From Trichinella spiralis (lineage: Eukaryota), in contig NW_003526943.1 of NCBI RefSeq assembly GCF_000181795.1, forward strand, positions 11,770,007 through 11,834,006: a DNA stretch of 64,000 nucleotides. The letters are read 5' to 3'. Shown one piece after another: positions 14,001 to 28,022 of the stretch; within the stretch, counting starts at the first letter, position 1; every line of letters starts with the position of its first letter. A program made the position numbers and the translations under genes. The notes under the pieces are model-generated. The model was not told the origin of the DNA, ran no database searches, and saw nothing but the letters and a program-made list of their open reading frames with translations.

Positions 14001-16275
14001 TCTAAACAGCTGTTTTTTTCAAATTTTAGAATCTTCATAACTTAAGTATGCATATGAAAAATGCTTTCGTTATATTTCCACAGTATAATCTCGCTCGAGC
14101 GTTAAGTGATATTAAAATTACTTATCACTTTTATTCATCAGCAAATAGAATTTTAGGTAATTTCATAATTAGCATTTGTCAAAAATTTTATATCTATATG
14201 TTTTAGATCGACATTATTTTGCGGATCTTATTTCTTGGCAAGTCAGCGGGAAAGCACTATTCATCACTGTTGTAGAGGGCTTTGTTTCAATTATGGTTCT
14301 GATGATCACTGAACATTGTTGTTATCTTTTTAAAAACCAGCAAGTTTATTTACATTTGCTCATTTGCTTAGAATGCAAGTCTTTAATACAAATTGCAACA
14401 AAACTGTTGTATAATTTTATTTTATTTTATTTTATGATTTTCATAAGATGAGAATGGAATAAATTGAGCGAATTATACTTGACTCGTAAAATTATTTTTA
14501 GGAAAGAATTGCAATTTTCAGAAAGTAATAAAGTATCGTCTTCAGAGGATGACGATGAAAACGTTACAGCTGAACAAAGACATGCGTTAAAGGGGGCATG
14601 CGCAGATAATGCTCTAAAAGTTGTTAATTTATCTAAAGTAAGATGCTCATGCTTTTACAACAAGTAAAAAATTTCATTTTATTTATCAAATGATGTTAAT
14701 ATCAGTAATTCAAAGATGTCAAAAATGGTATTATGTAAACATTAATAATCATCGATAATGTTGTGTTATGTTATAAGCGATTTTGCTAAATAAGAACCAT
14801 AATACAGATAATAAATGCAACTGTGTTAAATAAATGAATGATAAAAGTATGTAACTAAACAATTATGTACTTTTTTTCTCAGTACTGAAAATAATTGTTT
14901 AGGTTTATCATACTTGCAGTAGTATTGCTCGCAAATCGCAGGTCGTAGTGAACGATTTGAATTTTGAAGTGCTGCAGGGTGAATGCTTCGGATTACTTGG
15001 GCATAATGGAGCTGGAAAAACGACAACTTTCAAAATGATAACAGGAAAATGCAGCATATCACAAGGATGCGTTTATTTTGCTAAAACTCAGTAGGGTTCA
15101 GCTAATAATGCTATACTATTATTATTATAATTGTAATTTTAGTGCACCACGATCTAATTGGAAAAGCATCACTGATATAGGCTACTGCCCACAGTTTGAT
15201 GCACTAGATGAACGTTTAACAGGAAGAGAAATATTGCAATTTTATGCAGACATTCGTAGCATGTGTAGAAAATGCAAAGACGCAGTATATTATAAAATTA
15301 TTGACATTTTAAAATGTTGGAGAATTTGTATTTCAATTTTAGGCAGTATTACATTATATTTGGCGACTTGGTTTGAACTCTCATGCGGATCGTTTAATAA
15401 GAACGTATTCAGGTGGTTTAAAGCGTCGTCTATCAACTGCTATTTCTTTAATTGGCAACCCACGTATTATTTTGTTGGATGAGCCTACAGCAAGCATGGA
15501 TCCGGAAAGTCGCCGATTAATATGGGATGTCATTTTAGAACGTATTAATTCAGGACAATCTGTATTGCTTACTTCAAACAGGTATCTTGCTTATTTTGCA
15601 GTTACTTGAAATTGTAGTAAACATTCATTTTTAGTATGGAAGAATGCGAAATATTATGCAATCGAGTTGGAATTATGAATAATGGGAGTTTCAAGTGTTT
15701 AGATGCTATCCAAGAATTAAAAGAAAAGTATTATTATCTGCTAAATTATTTAAAATGACAATAAATAATACAATATGCAGAGCACCTATAATATAAAAAT
15801 ATATATTTAGTGAGGAAAGAATTTTAATGAGTCTAATTTTAAATTTATTTTTAATTGCTATTACACTTGTATTTCAGCATTATTTCGTTTCATTATTTTT
15901 TAAAATTATTTTAGATTAAAATATTTTTTTGTTATTTTACTCGAATTACGTTGTGCTTAATTTTTTTTACTTTTCAGATATGGTAAAGGGTATGTTATAG
16001 CTTTAAGTTTGAAAGCAGGAAATGAATGGCAGATGGATTCTATGATACAAGAATTGAAAGACCGATTGAAAGTTGCAGTTTTGACAGAAAGGCATGTCAA
16101 TATAGTTAAATTTCAGCTTGCGTCTGATCATACAAAAGTTTCGGACATTATTTCTTGTATAAGTGCTCTTAAAGAAATCTTCTGCATTGATGGCTGCGCC
16201 CTTAATCAAACTTCTTTGGACGATGTGTTTGTTTCCCTTGTAGAACAGTATGATGAATGCAGAGACGACAAGTGA
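5042..16275 (+). CDS. ABC transporter subfamily A (ABCA1/ABCA2-like), full-length TMD-NBD-TMD-NBD, many exons; copy 1
   Basis: N-terminus [45 protein letters not shown]1: [37 protein letters not shown]2: [43 protein letters not shown]-terminus QTSLDDVFV. Confidence 0.95.
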
Positions 16276-16956
16276 CTTCTTCGAAGCAGCAGTCGAATCA
16301 AAAGCACATTTTCTGAAGATTTTACATATGTTTTCTGGAATTATGAAGATTAAAAGCGTATTTGAATTATATAGTTATGTATTGGGAAATTAAAAGAGAA
16401 AAAGCAATTTTTTCTTTATTTAAATTTACTGACCATGACAAAATGAAACATTTGGATTAAAAATTATATTTAAATGTTTAGCACAAAGGGATATTTAAAA
16501 AATACATAACAGTGCAATTTTGTCATTTAAACCCGAAGATTAATTAATTTTTAATGTAATTTATTTAAACGTAGTTGTCTTTACTTTAAGATTATCACAT
16601 TTTAATGTAATTTAAACTGCACTATGAAGCATTTCTGCCTCAGTCAGGCTTGGTTTAGTTTTAGCTACGTACGTTCTTTGTTCAAAGTACCTGAAACAAA
16701 CTTTTAGTGTGTTACATTTGCAGTTGTCATTTGTGGACGGTTTATACAGTTCAGAGGTATGTCCTTTTATAATTTGAATACTGTTTCATTTTTCCAAGCA
16801 TATTCTAGTTTAAACAAATATTAATTGCAAATTAAAATTTTTAATATGATGATAATTTCAAAATTTTTTCACTTAAATGAATAATAATCTTTTAATGTAT
16901 TTTATTTCTTTGTACGAGTGAAGTGCATTTTCAGTTGTGCACAGTGTTTTATCTGT

Positions 16957-19900
16957 ATGGAGTTTGTCAGACAATTGAAAACGTTATTGTGGAAAAACTT
17001 CTTAATTCGTTCTCGTCTCAAAGTAGGTCTAACTTCTTGTTGTCAACATTTTTTATTTTAATGACAGTATGATTTAGTGCTTATTCGTTGCTGAACTGCT
17101 ATGTCCAGTTATATTTTTCTTTTTTTTGGTTTTGATCAGACAATATGCAATCATAATGAAGCAGCCTCAATGTAAGTGAGTTGTTTTGTTAATTTGAAAT
17201 TTTAATGTATTTATTGTTAAGGTGTTTACGAGCCGAAGGCGCTTTCGAGCGCAGGAATATTTTCCATGTTTCAGTCATACTTTTGCACATTACCTAACAA
17301 ATGTCTTAATTATATCACCGATGACTGGGACCTGGGACCTGTAAGCCGAAAACTGCCGTATGATATTGATAAAACTTTTCAGTTTGCAAATTGCTTAACG
17401 GTGTATTTTTTGTTTTATTTCAGAATCAATGACTTTATATCAGGCTTTAGAAAATCCATGAAAAAGCAGATTGCATTCAATAAAACAATAGAGATTTTAG
17501 ATTACAGCAAAATGTTAATCGATCAGTTTTGGTCTTTTTCTGAATATCAAAACGATTTTGAGTCTGTTGAATTGATGAAACTGTACAACTGGACTGGAAC
17601 ATCAGGGGCTTCGAGGTTGTTCGCTATTGCTTTGGGCATTGAGAACGTGAACGTTTCAAGGCATTTCTTTGAAGACTTGCTAAAATCTTATTCTAAAGTA
17701 AGTACAGTAATTTGCATGCATATATTGGTGATCTCAATGATTTTACGTTTAAATTTGGAAAAATAGTGATGGATGTTATTTTCAGACTTTTGCAGTGGAC
17801 AAACAGGAGGTGGTTGAAACGTTCAATGAAAAGAGCTTTAAACTGTTATGCGAAGAATCTAAAGCGGAAAGGTATTTCCTAGTGAATAGTAACAAAACTA
17901 GCACCACTCCAAGGGATGTGCATAAAGCTTTGTGCATGCTCAGTGGATTTGCGGATACAAAAAGTACTCCAAATCTGGATATGTTTTTGGTAAGTTCTTA
18001 AATTTAAATAATATATTCATAATTTTACTTTTGTTTTGTAACCTTTTTTCTTCATTATGCTTCATTAAATTTGAAAAACAGTGTATAAGTAATGTATAAA
18101 GTCATTTTAATATTAATTCAGATATAATGGTAAGTTTTTAATTCAATAGTCTTAATTTGAAACGTAATAAATAAATTTGAATAGTGTCAATTGTATGACA
18201 GTGAATTTAATACTTTTTAGTTTTTTGTTAATTTGTTTTAATGTAGTAGCTTTTGACTTTTGAGGAATTAAAATTTTTTTAAATTAATTCATTATTCATT
18301 AGTTTATTATTATTATCAGTTTCATGTCATTATAATATGTTTTATTGTTAATTTTAGATAGATCAGATCTTTAACAATTTGACAGGATACGAAATTGGCT
18401 TCCAGAAATTTTTGTACTTAGCAAATGTACTCGAAAGTTATGTACAAGCCGCTGTATGTTTTTGTTGTTGTTTAAAATGATTTGTATTTAAATTGGTTAT
18501 ATTAATTTAGAAGAAATTTTCCTTTATACCTGCTGGTGTCGATTTGGTTGAGCAGTTCTTAAATTACAATGCTCCAACGAACTTAAAAAATGATTCAGTG
18601 ATGAAGCGATTAGATTTCCTAAGTCATATATTTTGCGGTGCTGAGCTTACAGGTGATTGTGAAATAAATTTATCTAAATTTAATTTACCTAAATACTTTT
18701 TCAACAAATGGAATAAAAAACAATTGTGTCTGTGTTTAGGATTAGATGAAATACTGAAAAGTCAGAAAAAATTGGAACAACTGCGAGAGGATATGGTACG
18801 GACAGATCCAAGAAATATTGATGCACGAAGAGAGCAGCTCTTCTCCAGAAAGAATGAAAATGGTCTTCCTTGGAATTTGAAAAATTCGACTGTCTGTTCT
18901 CGTTACAAGCACAGTGATATTGGTACAAGATGTTTGTTGCATATAATTTATTTAAATACAAATTGAAATATTTATAGAAGATAAATGCTGGCTTTGGCTT
19001 CAATCGTACAGTTTACCGTATGAATTTGCTGCTCAGTTATACACTCTATTTCGAGGATACATTTTTGTATCCCCTCGCAGTCCTGTGGTTGAGAAGATCG
19101 TCGAAAAAGTAATCACTCTATTAATAATAATGCTATAAAAAATTACCTTATATTGCTTTTTAGATGAAGAGTCGACTTGATGTTGTTGCAGCGTTTAAGG
19201 ATATACTTTTATCTACTTTTGAAAATTTAGAAATCTATCGAACCAAATTTGAAAGCAGTAAACTTTCCAAAGCATCTAAAGTAAGATTCAATTTTTCAGC
19301 TTTGCAACTTTTATGAATATAAATATTGAATAATTCAGAATTTTGCTCGTCTGATGAAGAACATTAATTCATTTGTGAATTTATTTGAAAACGACACACG
19401 CCAAGATGAGAAGCTGAAATTGATTGACTTTTTTTCCAATGAATTATGGAGAAATGCATCTTTAGAAAATTTTAACAGTTCTTTTTCTCAAACTTATAAT
19501 ATACTTAAAGTAGGAAGCTTTATAAATCTTGTCGATTTCAGTTTTGACAACCCAATTTCAGTGCTTTTTATGTGATCGATTTGTGATTGTGGATTCTGAA
19601 AAAGATTTAGAACAAGATGGCTCATGCTTGACAAAAACGTTTCATTTTTTTGCTGGAATTGTTTTCCCGCAGCTAAACAGCAGCTCACTCACTCTACCAA
19701 AATATACAAAGTATAAAATTCGGATGTCTCATTATCTCGTTGACAAAACTGCACAAATTTCTGACAAGTATTTACTTCATTTACAACAAATTTATATATT
19801 TGATTTTTTAAAAATAAATTTATACAGGATATGGAATCCTCGGCCAAGAGATCGACCATTTCTAGATTTGAGATATTTATATTTTGGCTTTTCATTCATG

Positions 19901-22900
19901 CAAGATTACATTGATTCAATAATTCTTTCTATGCACGCTAACAAATCAGCGGCAAGATTTGGTATATATGCACAACAATTTCCCAGCAACTGTCACAGAA
20001 TTGATACGTAAGAATTGCAACTGTTATATTAATTCAGTTTACATCATCTTTTTTTAAAGATTTATAAAAGCAATTGAACGGTCAATGCCAATGTTTATGA
20101 CTCTTTCATGGATGTTCAGCGTTGCTTTAATTTTAAAAAATATTGTTCATGAAAAACAGTTTCGGTTAAAAGAATTTATGAAAATTATGGGCTTATACAA
20201 CAGTGCACATTGGCTAGCATGGTTTCTGCAATCTTTTATTATGCTGCTCATATCAAGCTTAATTATTGTTCTGGTTGTTAGTGTAAGTATTTTTAGTTAA
20301 ATATTTAAAGATTAAAAAGTAATTTTAATTCACTAAATCTTAATTTTAGTATGGAAATGTACTCAAATACACGGATATGGGTTGTTTGCTTGTATTTTTT
20401 GTAGCATACGCATTTGCAATTATACCACAGTGCTTTCTGATGTCAACAATGTTTAATCAAGCGAATGTAGCAGCTGGATTAGGAACTCTGCTCTATTTTG
20501 CATTGTTTTTACCGTATCCTGCAATGCTGCCATACGCTGAATATATGACCAATGCTCATTTGTTTTTTTCAGTAAGGATTTTATTTTATTTAATTTAAAC
20601 TGAATTTAATTATGCATCAGTTTTTTAATGTAATATATTTATTTAAGTGCCTCATTCCTCAAATAGCATTTGGTTGGGGTTGTTCGATTTTAGCATCATT
20701 TGAAGAAGCCAAAATTGGTTTGAAATGGTCAACATTTACCCATTCTTTGAGTGCAATGCCTTATTTAAATTTTTTTGCAATGATTTCAATGCTTTTGTTT
20801 GATGGAGCACTTTTTTTTGTTTTGACATGGTATATTGAAAACATTTATCCAGGTAGATATGTTGACAATTGAAATGACCATTCTTTAAAAAGAAACGATA
20901 TTTTTGCAGGAGCACATGGAATTCCAAAACCATGGCATTTCTTTTTAATGCCTTCTTATTGGACTGGATGTAAAACAGATAAAGAGAACAAGTCAAAGGG
21001 TAGGAAATTTTCTTATTTTTATTAATTTTATAGACTATTTTTCTTTCCAGTCGTATATTCTGCATTGGAATCCAAAACTCAGGAAAATTGTAATTTGGAA
21101 GTTGGGGTGTCAGTGAGAAATTTGACAAAAATTTATGGAAGTGGAAATAAAAGCAAATGTTCACTGAATAATTTGTCGGTAGATTTTTACGCTAATCAAA
21201 TTACAGCTGTTCTGGGTCCAAATGGCGCCGGAAAAACTACTATGATGTAATTCTTTAAGAATAGTTTTTCTCAAATAAATAATTCAATAAATCTTAGGTC
21301 TATCATGTGCGGCTTATTTCCACCTACATCTGGAAACGTTCTTGTTTACAATCAAGACATTATGTCTAATTTGACAGAAGTTCGTCGTTCTGTGGGATTT
21401 TGCCCACAGCATAATGTTTTATTTGATACGTAAGTTTACCAATTTACACCAAATCTTCGATATTATAGCACTTCAAGGAAAACTTTTTGAATTATTTTTG
21501 TTAAAATTGTTTTGTAAGAATCTGATACCTAATCATGAAAACTTTTACTTGAATTTATGAGTTAACGATAGATATTTGAATGGTATATGTTTTTGTTTTG
21601 CATACTAGGCTTACAGTTGAAGAGCATTTGCAATTCTACGCCAGCTTGAAGCGATTAACTGGCACCGAACAGAAACTTCAAATCCAAGACCTGCTGAAAC
21701 AAACAAAATTGATGAATAAAAGAAACGCATATTCGAAGCATCTCTCAGGTTGAGAATGAACTTATCTTTTGCTTGTGAACTTATGCATCATATGTAGACA
21801 TTTTCAGGAGGGATGAAACGAAAATTATCCATCGCAATTGCTTTCCTTGGATCATCAAAAACGGTGATCTTGGATGAACCAACTGCAGGCGTTGATCCAT
21901 ACTCAAGAAGATCAATTTGGGACTTGCTATTAAAATGCAAAAAAGGTATATAATTTTAAAATTAATTTCAATAAATTAATTATGCTTGAAATATGAAAAA
22001 TGAAATATCAAAATTCAGATCGTACTATTATACTCTCAACTCATTTCTTCGATGAGGCCGAACTTCTTGGGGATCGTATTGCTATTATTTGTGCAGGAAA
22101 GTTGAAATGCTGCGGTTCACCCGTATTTTTAAAGCAATTATATAAATCTGGTTGCAATTTGAATCTGGCGCTTTCTCAAGCTGACTTGAAAAATAATGGG
22201 AATACCACTGCAACGCTGGTAGATTTTGTGTGCGGTTTTGTTCCAGATGCGAAACTAGTAAAATGTTCTCCACAAGAAATTCAGTTTACTTTTCCAACAG
22301 TTGATCTGTTAGAACTGAAATCTCTCATAACTGAGTTAGATGCAAAATTGGCTAACTTAAAATGTTCTTCATATGGATTAGCAGAAGGTGGAATTGAAAA
22401 GGTAAATTCTAAATATTTATCTGTTTTATGTTATTTTATTTCTATTTTGTAACCCTGTTCTTTATAATTGTTAGATATTTCTTCAAGAAGTTGCCTTATC
22501 AAAAGAAGATCAACAGTTGCCAAGTCAGCAGCAAGCCTTTTCTGCTCAAAGTATTTTGCATATTATACTTGATGAAAATTTAATTATAAAAAAATATTCT
22601 GTTTAGAAAGCTTGTCAGGGAAAGAGGAGAAGTTGGCATCTAGTAATAAATATAACTGGATATCATGTTTTCATAGCTGAATTTTCTACTTATTTCAGAG
22701 TTATCTTCAGATAAAACCCCTGAAAAGAAACAATCACCTCATGCTGTAAATGGTTTAAATCTTGAAAAAGAAAATTTTTTTGAGGATAGGTTTTACCATT
22801 CGTCATTACCGGATTCAAAGAAATCTGCTGTTACGTCTGAACAATGCAAAACTTATTTTGAAAGCATTTGGTTGCAGGTAGATGGATTCCTGAAAAAACG

Positions 22901-25900
22901 AATGTTAAACCTTGTTCGAGACTGGAGAGCTTGTGTTGCAGTGGTGAATTTGAAATACAGTTTATTATAAAATTTTAATATTATTGTTAAGCAGCACTGT
23001 TATGTTTTTAAGATTATTCTGCCAGTCTTTTTGATTGCGTTGGCATTATATCTTATATCTTTGCGTTTCTCTGAAGTATTATTCAACTTGGATTATCGAC
23101 CGATCACTGTGGATGAAACAGTGTATGGACGAAATACATACATGTTTTACAGGTGAAAACTTAAACCTCAGAAAAGCACCAGCTGGTTATTTACTACTGA
23201 ATTAAATTTTCAGCTCAGTTGGAAATGAACATAATTCAGTAAATAAATATTTTCAAGCCATTATTGAGGATATAATGAAGCATGGAATGGGGAATCGACG
23301 TAAAAAGCAACAGCGTTGGTAAGTTTAATATTATTTATTTTCATAACTTAAGTTTAATATTATTTATTTTCATAATTCATAAGTTGTGCATTTCAGGCTT
23401 AGTAATGTGAAGCAAAACCGGACATTTTCTGAACCTGTGACTGAGAGGAAAAAAGAAAATCTAACGAAATGCTTTTGTGATGAAGACAATACATACTTTT
23501 GCCCAAAAAATGCATATCCGTTTAAACCTCCAGAAAGAGTAACAAGTTTTGGTGAAAATCTTGTAGATATGACGAATTTAAGCATAGCCAACTGGATTTT
23601 AATGACAGAAAAGAAATATAGAATGAAGAGGTAAATGGAAATTACATTTGTAAAATTAAAGTAGTTAAACTGATAATCTCTTTTGCATTAAATTAAATTA
23701 AATTAAATTAAATTAAATTAAATTAAATTAAATTAAATTAAATTAAATTAAATTAAATTAAATTAAATTAAATTATTTACATTCAATTTATTTGCAAAAT
23801 ATTTACTGCATTTAAATTTCAGATATGGTGGAATATCACTAGTCACTCTGCCACATGAAGTAACAGAAATTTCAGCCACTAAGACTGGGAAAGATTGGGA
23901 TCGTCTTTATACACATTTGATGGAATTCTTCGAATCTATGGGTTTTAATAATACCAGTTTGCCAGTTGATGGTACTCCGATTCCTGAGTGGAATATGACT
24001 AGACTAGAAAATGTTTTAAATCAAGTGACTCCAAAATATAACATTAAAGTATGTAGCATTCTGTTTCATAGTTCCTTTAGATTAAAGTGACTTTTTTTCA
24101 AGATATGGTTTAACAATCAAGGATGGGTTGCCTTGCCAGTTTATACGAACATCTTCTTCAATGCACATCTGAGGGCAGCCTTGCCAGAAGCGGAAAATCC
24201 AGATGATTATGGAATAGAAGTAATAAACCATCCGATTCGAAATCCATTAGAAGTATCTATGAGTGATGGGTAAGTCAATAAAGCAATGCTAATGTTTGTA
24301 ATGAAGCTATATGTTTTCATATTTATCATTTTTAATGCATTTTATCAAGTTTTAGTTTATCACTAAAATTACTTTTACTCATATACATATTGTACTTTTC
24401 AACTGCTTTATGCACTAATTTTTCGAATATTATTTCTTTCAGAAGTAGCGTTGCTGCTGAAATGGCATTGTCCGTATCAATTTTGATTGCATTCTGCTCA
24501 GTAACAGCTGGAACTTGTCTATTCACTGTTGAGGACAGATCATCTGAATGCAAGCATTTGCAATTTGTTTCTGGAATGAGACGCTGGTTATACTGGATTA
24601 TAAATTTTATATTTGATTTAGTATTTTATTTTTATTGCACTCACATTAACGTAAATAAATTGAACGTTTTTCAGATAATTTTCATGGCTGCTGTCGGCTT
24701 GCTACTTGTAATACTGCACTTTTTCAATGAAACACCATATATTGGTTCAGCACATGCTATTTTAGCAACGCTTGCACATCTAATGGCGTTTGGGTTTGTG
24801 TAGTTTCAGAATGACATTCTAATGCGTAATCGAAAGAATTCATTTTAGAATTGGAATTATACCAATCGTTTACTGCGTTTCTCAACTTTTCAAATCTTCT
24901 ACTTTGGCTTACGTGTCTGTTATGGTAGCTGGATTCTTTATAGGATCTATTACTAATGTGTTAACAACTTCTTTCGAAATCCTGGGGGCTGAAGATGAAG
25001 TAAAACAAAAAACGTTTCCTCTAGCATATTTGTGTTACTTTGATGATGTTTTAGTATTTAAACTATCTTAGCAAAATGCTCAAAGCATATTTTGTAATTT
25101 TTCCTCAGTACAATTTAGCAAGAGGCTTTACGGATATAAAAATTATGTATCACTTTTACGTGTCCTCTGGAAAACCTATGGGTAGGTTAAATAAATAATG
25201 AATCAACATGTTGATGACTTTTTTTTCTATAGGATACGAATATTATGTCGATTTGTTGGAATGGGATATTCTTGGAAAATTTATATTTGCATTCATTTCT
25301 GAAGGAGTTCTTGCATTTTTCATACTTTTAATATTAGAATACCACTATGAATTAATAGAATTTTGGTAAGCACAACAATAATTAACTGTAAACTCTTTTA
25401 ACTAGTAACTGATACATATATACGTGTGCATCATGTTTAATAAGAAAACTTTATAACACAGGAAATCGATCTGTATAAACATCTCTATTCATGAAGACTG
25501 TGATGAGAGTCTTGAAGAAGTACATTCAGATAATACCTCTTCTGTAGCGCTGAAAGTAACTGATTTAACAAAGGTGAGTAATTTAATACATCTTTTATTA
25601 AGTGGAACTGTGCAAATTAAAAAGAATCATGAAAAGTAAGAACCAAATTAAATAGAATATTTGAAACATAATATATTGCAAAGTAATGGAATAAAATGTC
25701 AATTAAAGTTGGATAAAAAATTAAGGGAGAATTATTCACAAATTCACACACACACACTGAAACATTGTTGCTCACTAACTTCAATGCACATATTATTTTA
25801 GCTTTATGGTAATTGGTTCCAAAATACAAATAAACGATTTACTGCTGTGAATAAACTCTGTTTCGAAGTACATCGAGGAGAATGTTTTGGGTTGTTAGGG

Positions 25901-26984
25901 CACAATGGAGCTGGTAAAACCACTACATTCAAAATGATCACCAGGAGATGCAGTGTCACTAGTGGATCAGTACTTTTTCCAGCAAAGAAGTGATCATTAT
26001 TTAAAATCATCATTTAAATATAATTTATAAAATATTTTATTTCAAGACGTGACAGTATGAAATACCAGTCAGAAATTGGATACTGTCCTCAATTTGATGC
26101 TCTTGATCCCCGACTTACTGCCAGAGAAACTTTACTATTTTATGCAAAAATAAAAGGAATACAGAAGGAATTTCAAAATCCTGTAAATGATATATATATA
26201 TGTAGTCTATTTATGCAGCACTGTCAATTTAATTTGTTGTAGATCGTCAATTATTTTATTCAACGCTTGAAGATCGAAGCATATGCTGACCGACTGGTTG
26301 GAAAATATTCAGGTGGAATAAAGAGGCGACTTTCTACGGCAATAGCTTTAATTGGAAATCCGTACATCATTCTCCTGGACGAACCTACTGCTGGGATGGA
26401 TGCTGAGAGTAGACGATTTTTGTGGGACGTTATTTTAGAAAGAGTGCATTGTGGACATTCAGTTCTTTTTACATCCAACAGGTAACAAAATTATTTAAAT
26501 TACATTGAAATGTTTATTTAAATTGTTAACAATTTTTAGCATGGAAGAATGTGAAGTACTATGTAATCGCGTTGGAATAATGGCCCATGGGAAATTCAAA
26601 TGTTTAGATACCATTCATGGCTTAAAAGAAAAGTTAGTACATCTAATTCAGTTTAATATGTCCAGCATTAACTGCATTTTTTTAAAATAATTTAAATCTA
26701 GATACGGTCATACTTATGTATTGACAATCAAGTTGGAAGCAGGAAGTGACATGAATACATTAAAGGAAGAGATTGAGAAAATGTTGCCAAATTCGAAAGT
26801 TCTTGAAGAACATATTAATTTACTGAAATTTCAAATACCAGCAACCAAAGACACCGTTTCTAGAATTATTAAGTGTGTTGCTTATTTGAAAGGAAAGTTC
26901 AATATAGAAGGGCATTCCTTAATGCAAACCTCATTGGATGACGTGTTTGTCGCCCTGGCTGAAGAACATGTTCATTTTGATTAA
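16957..26984 (+). CDS. ABC transporter subfamily A, full-length; tandem paralog, copy 2
   Basis: Starts [20 protein letters not shown]. Same motif order and largely shared intron positions as copy 1 ([56 protein letters not shown]). Confidence 0.95.
23320..23375. repeat. Intronic tandem duplication of a 27-30 bp unit
   Basis: TAAGTTTAATATTATTTATTTTCATAA occurs twice in tandem, starting at the splice donor of a short intron in ABCA copy 2. Confidence 0.85.
23687..23775. repeat. (ATTAA)n pentanucleotide microsatellite, about 18 units, intronic
   Basis: Perfect run of aattaaatta directly visible. Confidence 0.97.
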
Positions 26985-28022
26985 CGCCTCTTCACAAAGC
27001 TTTTCATCAGCATGCTTTCTAAGCGTTCACTTTCTATGATGTGTTTAAAATATGAAAAATGTTTTGTAAATCCAAAAATTCATTTTAAAAATGATCTTTA
27101 AATTTTATCTCTATTTTTCATCAAACTTTTGTAGTTTCACATTTCATTTCGTAATGAATTAATGAATACTTACTTTATTACAATGCTGCTACAATTACCT
27201 ATGTACCAAACAAATACTGATTTTTTTAATCAGTAATAAATTACTTTACTTGCATTAGCATAATAGTATAAATTTTATGAATTTCATTTGATTTCGATAA
27301 AAAAAGAGGCTCAACCTCAAAGAATAATGAAAATTATAAATATACAAAAACATTTTCAAAAAATTTCAGCTTCCATTTTCAGTCAAATAGTTCACATTTT
27401 AAATCTTTATTACTGACAGTGTAATATAGCCCTGACCTCGGAAAGCAGCACACAGATTTGGATTTGTTCCACTTTGCAAAATAATGCAAGCTATCTTCCT
27501 GCAATATGATAAGAAAAAACTACACATTTTTCGTCCAAGCGCTAAATTTACATATCACTACATCCAAACTGCAGTGATCAGCAATCTGGTCTAGGACTTT
27601 CTTCACCTTCACTACAATTTTTCCAACGCTGTCGTTTTATTAATTGCAAATCGATCTCCAGCAAGTTCATGGAAAAAATTCACCATAAAATCTACATATT
27701 AATACACGCAGTTTAATATTTCAACTCATTAATATCTTCCTTCATCACTACCGACTTCAATTTCCATAAATGTCAACACTTTTCAGCATATCGTAATCCA
27801 ACTCATATCATGATGCTGCTCGAAAGCATTCCACCCATCTTCAGAACTGCTGTGCATTTCTTCGTCAATTAGCATTCTGCAAAACTTTTCATCACCTACT
27901 CCGAAGTAAAAAGTCAATACAAGTAATCAAATGTTGGCAAATTGAACACTTCTGGTTTTTGAGTAGGAAATTTATTCACAACATGAAAAAATCATTTCGA
28001 AAAATTTATTAAATAAATAAAT

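Noticed and set aside
18122..18129. Apparent 8-nt microexon (TTCAG|ATATAATG|GTAAGT) in ABCA copy 2
   Set aside because: The flanking exons join in phase 0, so 8 nt would cause a frameshift.
23687..23775. Regular repeat considered as CRISPR-like or telomeric
   Set aside because: Simple microsatellite without spacers, not TTAGGC, in a eukaryotic intron.
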